Origin: Balanoglossus misakiensis
Taxonomy: Eukaryota; Animalia; Hemichordata
Length of the DNA: 64,000 nt
NCBI GenBank assembly: GCA_040954595.2
Contig: CM082583.2
Location: 4,269,374 to 4,333,373 of the forward strand
Direction: 5' to 3'
Numbering within the stretch: the first letter of the stretch is position 1; every line of letters begins with the position of its first letter. The notes beneath the pieces were generated by a model. That model was not told the DNA's origin, did no database searches, and saw nothing but the letters and a program-made list of their open reading frames with translations. This document shows positions 41,801 to 54,400 of this stretch, piece by piece. Both the position numbers and the translations under genes were made by a program.

Positions 41801-44800
41801 TGAGCTTAAATTGATACCAAAGGCCTGACAGTTGTCATGGTAACAGTCCAGATAGGGAATATACAAAACCAATTTGCCCATTATGCCTACATATATGGCC
41901 TTGTTATCTTTCCCATAGACTTAACCTACAATATTTTAAACCTCAATAACACCAAAACACCTCAATACCCAGATGGCAAACAAATGCATTTTACTCGGTA
42001 TATGATAGGCTTTCAGAAATTCCCAGGGCTCATGGTCAACACCGATAAGTCTTCTATAGTACATGTATAAGCAAATGACTTTGAAGTGTAGCAATTTCTC
42101 CATTGGGGTCCAGAACACTGCAATACATACTCGGGGAAAAACACCAATTTAAGTCAATTTCAGCATTATGAGCAAGGAATGCAAGCAATAAGGTAATTCA
42201 CAAATTGCTGGATTTTATGTCCTTGAACATCATAAACTGAATCAGTAATGACCTTCTTGCTACATGTCTCTACACCTTTGCCATATGATGCACTCGGACT
42301 TACTATCTGGTATTTGTGAATAACCTTGTCTATTTTATACGAACAGTTTATTTGACCACATCACGCACTTCTGTTTGGTCCTATCATTCCTTGAGTTTCA
42401 AGGTTTTATCTGAAGTCTAAATGAAAATGCACAACCGAACAGAAGCTGTCAATAAAACGGTCTATAAACATGTGTACATGGGCGCCTAGTACAGTGACAT
42501 TATTTGTAAAGACAGATTTCTCCGAAATTTGGATCATTCATAGCACATATGCAACCTAAGGCCTGGATAACTGGTGCATAACTGTCTGCACACAATGCAT
42601 CAAGCTCACAATTCTCCAAAGTGAGTTATTGATTTGATTGGGGGGGGGGGGGGATTCTGCCTTTTAAAGCTTTATACTATAGATGTGATGTGGTGCACCA
42701 AACAGTACTGGAAGTCAGAATCGTGGACAGCGCCCTCGCAGGTTGAGTGAAGAATATGCTGTCAACTTACACTGACCCTAATATGGACGAAATCACTTTT
42801 AACGCACCTATATACAAAACAACTTTCCATTACTAATTCCCTCAAATGGACACCATACCTGTTGGTTTTGGTTCAATTTTCTTCAGTTTCACCAACTCGT
42901 CCTCCGTGATGATCGTCATGTCTTTCCAGAAACCCACATTCTGACCTTGCTCCAGAGCGATGTACACTTTGATGTCTTCCAGCAAGTCTTCAAGGTCGAC
43001 AATGGTCAAGCCATTAAGTACTTTGTATGGTTCATGCATTTCTACAGCCAGGTCATCTTCTTCTTCTGCACCGATGTACTGGGCTAACAAATCAATGGGT
43101 TTGGCTGCAAAAAAACAACAACAAATGTCACGTCTAAGGTCAAACTATAGTGAAACCAATTCAATAGTATTTGCTGCCTGTTTTCTGTGCTGTGATTGGT
43201 CGCATCACTGTCACATAATGTACAAACATTTGTAACTGATACAATCAACGACCAATCATCGGTGAGCAGAATTTGACTGTTACCCAACCAGGCAATAGTT
43301 CCAACTTACTGCTACCTGGAAATTACCTGAATGGGTGCATACATGTACAAAACCAAACATGTGAAATGAAGGTGTCTGTATTTTGTGGCAGAACCCATGC
43401 ATACACAAAACAATAATGACTGGCCATATTTTGGTTAATAGCATAATGTATGTCTCTTCCCAGGCCTGTGGGTCACCTTAAAATGGTCTTCCCACATGTC
43501 AACGGTTAGGGGGGGGGGGGAATTAGGAGACACCCATTTGCCATGATAGTTAATATGTGTAATCTAGTGAATATGTATTCAATGTGGCCTCATATCTGTC
43601 GTGATTTACCTGCACAGATACATGACAAGAAATTAGCAATGTTTTCTGATACGACTCAGCCAGAAAAATACAAGTTTATACAAGGACAACAGTGAAGAAG
43701 ACAAAATGAACATTAAATTTTAAAACCACACCCACCTCTGGCATCTTGGATTCTTATCTTGGATCTCATCTTTGCTTGATGTAAATGAAACTGAAAAAAA
43801 AAAGTTGTTCAGACAATTATTTAGGTATAGTAATGTACAGTTAAACCTGTCTAACTGAACACGAAAGAGACTAAAGAAATGTTTCAGTTTGCAGAGGTGT
43901 TCAGTTTATAGAGTATGGCTCTACAGTCAAACCTCTGTCAGTGGCCACCTCTATATAGTGGCCACTTTGTTACAGCCCCTGTGCAATTATATAAAGGCCA
44001 CCAGTCTATAAAGGACAGTTTAGGAAAGTCCCTTGACTGGCCACTATAGACAGGTTCGACGTATATAAAAGGGACTGGAAAAGGTGTTTGGTATAAACAT
44101 GTTTCCAGATAAGACAATGAGCACTTTCTAGTTCTGCACACTACACGTAGACTAGTCAAAGAATGCCAGAATTCAATGTTTGAAACACTCACAGAATCCT
44201 CTTCTGTCTCCCATTCTTTAAACTGTTCTGATTCTTTCTGTCTCTGCAAAAATTCCATCTCCCGCTCTCGCTCTTCCTTTTCCCGTTCTCTTTCCAGTCG
44301 TCTCTGTTTCACTTTTGTCAATTCCAACTGTTGTGGGAGAAAAAAATGGGATGACCAAATTATAACTTAAGACATCTCAAATCAGGTCCAATAATCAATA
44401 TCATACAAGGTAAGCCAATTACACAAATGCTATGACCCAAGGCAATATTCTTTCCATCAAGACAACTTTCAGAGGCAGTTGTTCCATTGATTTGCCTGGA
44501 CACACACACTTCTATCTATCTGCTATAAAACCCTTGTTCTTTGAGAGGAGATTTAAAAGCTTTATAAGGTAGATGTGATGCACCAATAGTACCAGGAGTC
44601 AGAATCCTGGACAGCGCCCTCCCAGTCACTAAATGTAATTTTTTGGGGTACAGATGAGGTACATGTACATTTGAATAAACTATTAAGAGCGTAAGCCAGA
44701 ACAGACTGTTTGGGAGAATTCACCTAGTAGTCAATATTACTCACCCTGTTTTCAATTTGTTTCTGTCGACTTATTCTCTTTAATTCTTCTTTTTCAAGAT

Positions 44801-46927
44801 GTGAAAGACCAACTTTGGCATTTTTCTGTTGAAAGTACATGATGTGTATATAGTTATAACAAAGAAGAATCTTTGAATATTTCAAATATGCAGAGGCAAA
44901 ATGCTGCACAACATTCAAATAAGTCACTTCATATCATAGTCTGTGTGAAACAACAGAAACAGTCACAATTCAGAACATCTTTGACAAGAATACTTGGTAC
45001 AGTTACTGGAAGAAATCAATGCTTTTTACCACCATAAACTCGTTGTTTTCTATGGTAATGTTGGACCTCTAAAGAGGGAACTGGGCATAGGGGTGAAAGG
45101 GTCAGAAGTTTTGGAAACCTACCTTGTCCCAGACGAAGGTTTCTAGTAGATTTGGATCGCCAAAGGGATTGTCAGCATTGGTATAACCCTGGATGTAAAA
45201 AAAAAAGAGGACAAAATTGAACAAATTAACAATTTAATGCAGAATATGGTGAGGATGTAAATACCATCATTTGACAATTATGGTTGCTTCAATATGCTGT
45301 TGTGAGAAATTGATGAATCAGTGTTGCAGATTTGCTAAGCACTGAAAATGTGTGTTGACTGAGACATTCATATAAAATTAAATGTTAATTTTATGATTTT
45401 TCTTTAAATGTCCCGATATAACTATTTCTCTCACCATCATTTCCCTGTCCCATCCCATCCTTTCTTTTTGCTTCCTTTCCTTGGCAGCTTTCTTGGCCAA
45501 TCGTCTGGCACGCTTCTCTTCTGGTGTTTCTATGGATTTCATCAACTCCTTCTTATACCTGGAACATGAAGGTAGAAAATGACATAAACAATGGCACTTT
45601 GGATAATTTGATAATATACAGAAATTCGGGCAATTTTGTCGAGCAGTCATCTGTTGTGCAAAAACTGTTTATGCAACTACCTTTCATGTTTTCCTTTTCA
45701 TCAAAAACATTTTCTCATCACATTTTATGTCTGTGTTAGTGAACGCGGAGCAACAGAGACCTGTGTATATTCATAGTTTACCTCCTTTCCTCTTTTGCTC
45801 TCACTCTGTCCTCTCGCAGTTTGCGCTTCTCTTCTGCTCTTTTCTTCATCAGTTTCTTCTTCTCCTTTTTGCTGAGCTTCTCATCTTCACTGGAGCTGCT
45901 CTCAGATGAGCTGCCTGTTGCTTCAGATGACGATTCTCCACTGATGGAAGGTGATGTTCTTCTTGGCGGTGAACGGGATCTCCTTCTTCCAGACGATGAA
46001 GCCTCAGAAGTTGGTTTCCTCCTTACTGGTGAATGTGACCTCCGCCTCTGTCGCTCCCTTGACCTTGAGCGTGACCTTGAATAGGGAGAGGACTCTGTCC
46101 GTTCTCTAGACCTTGATCTTGAACGTTTTACTTTCTCTGATTTTTGAGTTCTGTGTCTTGACTTTTCTCTACTTTGTAATGGTGATCTCGACCTGCGTCT
46201 GGTAGATCTTTCTTCCGAGTGTTCTCTTTTCTTGGAATATTTTTCTCTAGACCTTGATCTCTGTGGTTCCCTTGACCTTGACCTGTAAAACGAAATCATT
46301 TTGGTAATTCAAAAAGTTTCATTCTAACTTTCCCCTATTAAACAAAAACCTCATTGCTTGTTTTAGTCAATTCAATCATGGTGACTTTGTTATGGGCAGA
46401 AGAACCCTGGGTCTCAGTCTGGTTCCCTTACAAGATCAATGGCGTTGTATAGTAATTAGTAGCAAGGATAATTGATTTCTCAAACCTTAGCAAAAAGTTA
46501 AACTTAAACAGACTGTCAATACTGAAGAATTCGTCCAGGTGAACGTGATAGTGTGAAGTGAATGATAAGGCAATAAACGCGTGTTGGTTGTGTACATGTT
46601 TTGTGACAACGTAAGTCAAACGATGCAGTTGAGAGGTAACCGATCACGGATAAGTTTTCCATCTAATATGCCGGAAGAGTATAAAACCACGGCAGGACAC
46701 TCAGTGTAAAAGACGTTTCTTTTTTTAATTTTACATGACACAACATTTGCTAAGTGCGTTGTTTATCATCGCTGCTAATGAATGTAGTGGCGCAATCATA
46801 GGGAATATTTTTCAGAGATCACATGAAACAGTCATTACCTACGCCTTTCCGATCGCTTCTCTCGATCGCGGGATCTATCTTTCGATCTCGATCTGTGTCT
46901 TCGCTTCTTTCTTTCCGGCGATCGCAT
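35820..46927 (-). CDS. CACTIN: Splicing factor cactin, about 821 aa, 16 exons
   Basis: Exons (minus): 46927-46839, 46282-45782, 45558-45435, 45188-45123, 44825-44745, 44327-44193, 43790-43736, 43104-42859, 41485-41412, 40843-40664, 40204-39957, 39776-39587, 39031-38879, 37750-37667, 37124-37011, 35945-35820; all are GT-AG and in phase. It has an RS-rich N-terminus and the motifs ETPEEKRARRL, GYTNADNPFGD, WSDKYRPRKPRYFNRVHTGFEWNKYNQTHYD, AGPPYEDIAFKIV, and the C-terminus QLWFHFKRYRYRR*. Confidence 0.97.
39183..39377. mobile_element. MITE in a cactin intron (Tc1/mariner-type, Tc2-like termini)
   Basis: TIRs CTGTAAAACGGGT and ACCCGTTTTACAG, with internal inverted TTTTCGCG / CGCGAAAA; flanks are TA and TG. 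Confidence 0.75.
40282..40465. mobile_element. Kolobok-like MITE in a cactin intron
   Basis: TTAA|AGGTATACGGTCACCT at the left end and AGGAGAGTGTATACCT|TTTA at the right: AG..CT termini with a near-TTAA duplication. Confidence 0.55.
43924..44061. mobile_element. pogo/Tigger-like MITE, apparently nested in an older related element starting at 43838
   Basis: TA|CAGTCAAACCT at the left end and AGGTTCGACG|TA at the right, with internal GTGGCCAC repeats. An upstream TA|CAGTTAAACCTGTCTAA at 43838 starts a second element. Confidence 0.65.
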
Positions 46928-46987
46928 GGTCAGAGATGTTCACAGACGAAATAAAAGGCTACTTTGGCTGACGATTCTCTCTTCAGT

Positions 46988-47535
46988 TCAAAAATACACG
47001 GAGGCAGCCATGTTTTATGTCACGCATGCGCAATGTAACCTATTGCGACCTTTAACCTAACTCCAAATATAAAGAAGACTTTAAAATTGGCAATACGTAA
47101 ATTTAAGTTTTTTTGCTATTAATTGTATAAACTAATATTTGGACTTTAAATATACATTAATTCTATTTAATTTGGAATGTTAAATTAGTGTTTAACAAGA
47201 AAAATGATATACTCAGTTCCGTCTGACAAATGTATGTGGTGAACGAGGACAAATGCAATTTGAACACATAGCGAGATACAGAACTGCTGAATGTGGTCGT
47301 TGACAACTACGGTAATATTTTTTGCAAGGTTACAACGGTCGGATGATGCACTGAAACCTGTTTAGGTAGTACCCGAGTTTGTAGTGTTGATAAAATGCTA
47401 AATGGGATACCTCACTATTTATATAACGGAATAATTGAGCGTTGATCATCGAAACTAGGGTGTCATAGAACTTTTGTTTACATTCTTGCAATGCTATGAC
47501 TACACATATTGCTGTGTAATCCAGACATTTTCACC
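46988..47535. promoter_or_regulatory. Bidirectional promoter region between cactin and the uncharacterised + strand gene
   Basis: Divergent start codons are about 610 bp apart (46927 minus, 47536 plus). There is an NRF1-like CACGCATGCGCA at 47021-47032 and a YY1-like AAAACATGGCTGCC on the minus strand at about 47003-47016. Confidence 0.6.
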
Positions 47536-48726
47536 ATGGCTAGCCCGACAAAGGACGATTTAGCCGATTCCACTAACGACGTAGCAGCTAATAATGAACA
47601 GGAAAACCAGAGTGACGTGACATCGTCTTCCGATGATGCCGTCAGTCAAGAGAAAAAGGACGAGCCTGAGGCGGAAGAATTTGACGGGGACCCCGACGAA
47701 CTCTGCAGTCAACTAGAAAATATGGAATTAACTGAAGAAGAGACTGAGGAATTGTTAAAAGAAGCGCTGGAAATTAACAAAAAATTGAAAGCTGAACTCG
47801 TTCGTCAAGATCGAGAAAAGAGTGCGAAGAGCGGAAAGCGACAACGGCAAAGTCGAGGCACTCCCAATGCCGGGGAAAGACCTGGCAGTGGACGCTATGG
47901 TGTGCTGCCACCCATCAAATCAAAAGGAAACGCTCACAGGCATTCCGATAAAGACAAAATATATGGTGTTAAATCATCCCCGACAAAGACTGGGCAAACA
48001 TCTCATAATACAACGAAATCCAGAGATGGTGCATCTGTAAGTGCTGGACATGGGGTAAGTTGATTGGTACTAGTGCAAACTAGCTATCTATCCTGGAATA
48101 AAACTGGTAATACAATTATACATGTATTAATTTACACCTGTCTTGTCATTTTGAGGTCTTAATATCAACAATAACCAATAAAATATGTCTTCAGTGTATT
48201 ATGTATCTGGAAGACTGAAACAGGTGAAGTAGGTAGCCCTACAAGTATGGCGAGAGATTCCAGCTTTTTGATGCCCCGCCTCCCTACCCACTCGCCATAC
48301 TTGTGGGGCTAGTACTATAGTAGCTGCAATGATTGTAGCGGGTGCTGCTAGGTTAACTTGATGATATGTTCACAGCCCAGGTTGGTCAAGATCTGTGGAA
48401 ACTCTGGGTTTAAAATACTAGAGTGGCAGTTTTAATCTTCCAGACCCCCAGGATATCAAATGGTCCATCCCTTACATATACGTACACACACCCGATGTAC
48501 ACACACGCACACACATAGCTCAAAGCCAATGCCACTGTATTGTAGCATTTTTACCTGTACAAAATTTCAACCATTGACAGGTATTTGTTAGTTAATCTGC
48601 TTTTCTTCTTTTCTGCAGAATAAAAGGCAGTCAAGCAAGAACAGGCGAGTGACACAGTCTGCAGACTCTAAACAAGCAAGAGGCAAAGCCAAACCAGAGT
48701 GGGATGACAGATTTTCATTTTCGTAA
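47536..48726 (+). CDS. Uncharacterised protein, 208 aa (acidic N-half, short coiled coil, basic C-half)
   Basis: The start has a Kozak-like context (CACCATGG). Exon 47536-48054 ends at donor GTAAGT (phase 0). Exon 48619-48726 follows a strong pyrimidine tract (TTTTCTTCTTTTCTGCAG) and ends ...KPEWDDRFSFS*. The coding composition is distinct from the AT-rich flanks. A non-coding first exon is probable (acceptor CCAG at 47521-47524). Confidence 0.8.
48234..48311. repeat. 78-bp hairpin with 21-bp arms in the intron of the uncharacterised gene
   Basis: TAGCCCTACAAGTATGGCGAG pairs with CTCGCCATACTTGTGGGGCTA (one G:T pair). Confidence 0.8.
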
Positions 48727-51424
48727 CTCAACATCAAGTCAACATACTTGCGTGCTGCCATCAGGAAAGGTCATTGGTGTGTAGACACTCAGAAGAACAG
48801 CAGTCAGTGTGTCAGTGCAGAGCAAAGCTTGCTTTCTGACACAGACACAATGTGACTAAGATCCAATGGTCACAATTTGGAATATTTATTGTGGCCAACA
48901 TTGATGGTAAATAAGCAATATCACCAAGTTAAAGATCATCAGTTACGTGACACCGTCCCTTTAAAGAAGAATACAATAAACTGTTGTTTTGCTATAGGTA
49001 TAAGAAATGCCATGTAACAACACAACACTTGTAGGTCAGTTTATGCAATAGACCCTGGCTGACATGTGACCTCCTCCCGAGGTACACTGTAATTAATGTA
49101 AATAGTACACTGGCTACTTGATTGTGTTGGAGTATATTTTACCTGACAATATCCAAGTCTCATTAGTTTTGTCCTATCTTAATTTTAGAAGTATTTCACA
49201 ACAAGTAGCTGTAATCCTCCCCTCATGTGCATGTTGGTATACTAGTATATCTCAGAGTACATTAGTCACTTTTACAATTAAATTTACATGTTCTTCAGAT
49301 TGTTACAAAAGGTACACCTAAACAGATATGATTGTAAAATCAACTGACTGACTAAATCAAATTGTAATAGGCTTGTACACGTATCAGTAAAGCATTGGGG
49401 TTGCCACGTTGGGTTGACTGCCCTCTAGAGGCAGAAACTAATATTGTAAATATGCAATGATTAATTCCGTCCTGTGAACTATTTTGATTCATGTATTGAT
49501 TCCACAACATAGTTTTGTCACATAACAACCACATGAACCAGTACACGAATGAATGACTATATAACACAAATGTAACCAATGATTGTGATGTCAATAAGAA
49601 GTACAGTTATTGTGAATTTGTAACACTTTCACAGATTTAAAATCTGCATAATAGAACAAATATTTGACATTTCTTTTGTCCTTTACATCTGGAATATCAT
49701 ATTTTGTTTGTATCAAGGTTTGATTTTCTTTGAATAAAGTCAATTTTTGACAGAATGTACAGGTAATATTGTGATTGTTATATTTTACCTTGTACATGTA
49801 TATTCTACCTAACAAATCAGTTTTCTGGTTTTATAGTTTATGCAACTGACAAACTACCTAAATTGTAAACCAAACTCCAGTTGGTCAGTGCAATCATTAA
49901 CATTCCATGTGGGTGTGTACCAACCAATCTCAACAATACTGATATGGAAAGATAATGCACAAGTTCAAGTTCAATAACTGACTTATGGTAACTCTTGCAC
50001 TAATCTGAATTGGCACCATGCATTTTGGATGTAAATGGCTCTATGTTCTTTGCAGTATAATGCTCCCGAAAACTTTGTACTACCAATACACAAATGAGCA
50101 GTCCCTTCTATTATAAAAAGCTTACATAATGCTCTCGGGCTTTGACAATGGCTGTGCAAGGAAGTTGTATTCAGTTCTCAATGAATGTACAATACTTCGG
50201 ATCTTTGGTTATAAACAACGTACACCACGTTGTCAAATGTGATATGATTTACACATATCATGCATATGCACACAGGCACCCGCCTCATTCAGTAATAAGA
50301 TTTTAATTACGGTCAGAACCAGGGTGTGTGGTTCATGTGGTATTGGATGTAATTTTGGCGATCGCCGACAAACCATCAGAGCTATTAAGAATAGTTTAGC
50401 GGGTAGGGCCTAGGCCTGGGAGGGTAGGTAGGCTAACGTCGGCATTAAATTTTCTCTTTCCTGCCTACTACAAAATGTGCCGGTACCCGTTAGTATCTAT
50501 CGATATTGATGTGATTTGTCCAATACCTAAGAACACTAGTGCGAGTCAATCAATCTTTATCTACTATAGCCTACATTTATTTTTCGAAATACTCGTGACG
50601 AACAATCAAAACTGCAAATGGCTTAATGCTATAAAAATTTGATGGACAAGTTTGAATATAAGCTAGGCTATTAGACCAGATTGTATATTAGTGAACATGA
50701 CTTAAACATTAATGACATTAGGCCTATCAGTCTTTATTTCAGATAGCCTAATGATTGTAGCACAATGTCATTATCGTGCCGCGTAGTTCTAAGCTTGTAT
50801 CGGTAATATATAGGCCTACAAAGAATACTGCCGATCCAAATTGATGACAGTTGTACTGTGTCATTAAGTTTAAATGCTACTTTGCACACATTTCTGGAAC
50901 TACAACGACAAATTCCAGGAAATTTATTACAAAATATTGATCTGAATGAAGGCATTAGGCCTAGGCATACTGTGGTGTCCTGCCACAAACTTTTCCAGCA
51001 CTGTGTGATACCGCCCTCAAGTAGAGTGATGACACTGATACCAGGGAACAGGTGTGTGCAGTAACAGGGAATTTTGGCAAGTGAGAGAAGCTCGTGAGGT
51101 GAAGAACCAGCGCAAAACTGTAGTGGCTTCTTCAGCTTCATAAGCTTATGCCTGAATGACAAACACCAAATATGTTCGAACTCGTACAGTCCTCTTCCCC
51201 AGGGGATCTGAAAATTCAGTAGCTGAGTGGGTGTGTCTTTACAAACTTCCCTTTGTTATGGAAATTTCCACCGAGCAGCCATGGCCATCTGATGATAGAG
51301 GATAGTCGCACCACGTGCTTTTGGAATTTTCCTTTCAGGTCATGTCAGCTGGGCCCCGGTGGACGTCATTGCGCACACTCAGTACAGTGACTTGTCTATA
51401 TTAACCGGTTGCACACACGCCACA

Positions 51425-54400
51425 ATGCAAAACCACGTCGACGAGCCGACCAGAAAGCGTGCAAAGACTGACGGTGAAAGTCCCAAGAAGATGGCCAACA
51501 CACTCCCCGACGATTTTAAACCCCCACCAGATCACTACTACCATGGAATCCGCATGCTGGCAATCACACCGGCGGCGACTTTTGACGCCATTCGCGAAAT
51601 GGAAGTGCGGGACGACGACATTTGGGTAGTTACCTACCCAAAAGCAGGTGAGATTTCTTGCGGTTTTTTGACAGTATGGTTCAACGGCACAAGCGTTTCT
51701 GTGTTTCCTCCATATGGAAGTTTATCGCGATGGCAAAACACTTGTCAATTTTTTTCAATTGATGCATATGTGTTCATGTTTCTGATTTACCACTGTTGTA
51801 TATTACCAAAGGCACGGCTGAGCAGAAATACCACGTGCACATCCCGCTCTGAAAAGAACCTTGTACTTTTCCATCACGGTAGCCTCATTATAATGCAGTT
51901 ATAGTTACACATTCAAAGGTACACTCGCTCCGTGTGTCACACATGTCTATTGCGACCCAGTTGCTAGATCATGTCAGATTTGATATCTGTGTACTGCATT
52001 ACTTTTTAGTCTGTTACTTTATATAACTATTATGAAATTTGGTAACTAATTGTACTGTACGTAAATTATATTTAGTAATAAGTAGATAGGAATAGAATCG
52101 GTTGGCCTTTACAAAGTTGCTATGAATGCCATTCATGAGCAAAGCAAGCCCATGCTTATCTTGTATCTGTAAATAGATAATACAGAGGCGGCAAAACCAT
52201 AGCTGGACACACTGTTAATAGTTGGCATACGATTAATTACTGTCGTTCCCATCTGGCTTCGAACGTTCATGTTGATCTAAATGTTATCACACTTGTGTAA
52301 TTGGTTTGTGAAGTTGATTCCAACTTTGCTACAGTTGTTGTACAGTTTATATGCTTTGCGGCAAACACAAACAGGATTAATGGTTTCTTACCCGGTAGGA
52401 TGCTTCGATGCTTCGCCAGTTTGTTTAAATAAGACAATAAAACGAGTAGTATTCCCGCGAAACTTTTACCACACACAGGGCTATTAAATAAAGTCAGGGT
52501 AGCGCCAATCAACCCTAATGCATAGCCATTAGTAGGTTATTGGGTGATAATGAGGTTGCATTACATTAACTAATTGGCACCAATATATTTAAGAATGTAT
52601 AACACTTCGCACCTCGAAGTGTGCACACAGATATTCCAATATTATAAACAACGTTAGCATTGCAAAACTTTGTAATTGGTACATGCACTCATGTGGAGTG
52701 GACTGGAGTGTCATTTAAATTTTTAGCTCCCATGATTATTGATATGTATACCCACAGAGGGACTGGCCGGTAGTATACCATTGGAAGCCACCCAGTCTGT
52801 ATGTCTGTATGTTTCTCGTCCATCTTCAAAAACATACATCTCATTAGAATTTGGTGTGTAGGACTTTCTGATTCATATGGATGACATTATACCTAAACCA
52901 TATAGACATATCAAAAACTTATTTTTACTTAACTGAGCATCACCTGTATTTGTAAAGCAAAATGAAGATTGATCCCCTTCGTGTTGTATCGATATGCAGT
53001 TTATTAATAGCCAATCTAATTACAGTTCAAGTATATCATGGGCTAAATCACATATTTGGCTTGAATTATTCCTCACCCAAATCTGGATAACTGCCCCAGC
53101 ACCTGGAGAAATGATCAGGGAGTGTACTTTGTTTTTCCATTCCAGAAAGATACAAAGAGAAGTATTCCAGGGTGGCATGATACTTGAAAGCCCATTGTAA
53201 TCTCCTCTGGAATTCCTGATGCATTGTTGGGAAATTTGCATACAATTGTTATGTTAAATTCCCATGTTTTTGTTTTTCCCAAATTAAAGGGTAATGCTGG
53301 ATGCTCTTAAATTCCTCTGGGGAAGAGCACTGCCATTGATGTTAGATAATACCTGGAAAGTTTTTATACACCGTTACATGAACAAAAGACCAATTTAGAA
53401 AAGCCTATGTTGTATAGGGTGTATTGTTTGAAAATTGGCCAATCGTTGGTGCTACTGTTCGAGGATTGTGGGTAACAGGCCATAGTGTGACAATGAATCT
53501 ACATCAAGGTACTTGTTATTTTTCCCAGGAATAACAGTCACTGGCCAATAGAGATTGTAATGTGTGAAACTCATTTGATGTTAATGGGGGGGGGGGGGGA
53601 ATTGACTGTAAAAAAAATACAAATATTGTCATCTCCTGTATTAAATATATATATATCAGTGCCCACTACTTTTTTCTGTCGGGGTCTATAGGAGTCTGCT
53701 TTTCTTGAACTTTACACGTGCTATAGATCTTCTATTTGGTATAAATACCATCTGGGTTAAGTGCCACACCTTAAAACAGTAAAAGGCGAGGTTCTTGTAA
53801 GTTGTTGGTCTGTGTGAAATAGGGTAGACACATTATCTGATAAATCAAATACGATTGATCCTGACATGCCCTAATTTAGTGGAATGATGGGAATTTGAAC
53901 ATTTTCAACCACAGTTGGACAATTCCAAAGGCTGATCTCTAAACATACCGAGCTGTAGTGTTAGTTAAATGTCAACAATAATATCATTTTTAACTTTTTT
54001 TTGCATGTTATCTCCTTTTTCTATTTCAACAGGTACTACATGGGGTCAAGAGGTCACATCAGTCATCGTGGAGAAGGGAGACCTAGAGAAAGTGAAGAGC
54101 AAGTCACTGTTGGCCAGAGTTCCATATTTGGAACTGGGCCCCCTAGGTCAGCAAGGAGCAACATACAAAATGGTTGACCAGATGCCATCACCTCGTCTCA
54201 TACGCACGCATTTGCCATATCACTTGATGCCAAAACAGTGGTATGAAAAGAAACCGAAGGTGAATTTAACGAAAAAGATGGGGAAACTTGAGAAATGTGT
54301 TCCTTGACGCTTTCCCATCTTAAAATTGAGAAAATGGGGGTCAAAAGTTTGAAACTGTCTCAAATTTGAAATTCAAATTGGCCACCAATCTCTATTTTTG

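Noticed and set aside
50400-50965. Cluster of TAGGCCTA-like words
   Set aside because: The motif occurs throughout the window and is irregularly spaced; no array structure or function can be supported.
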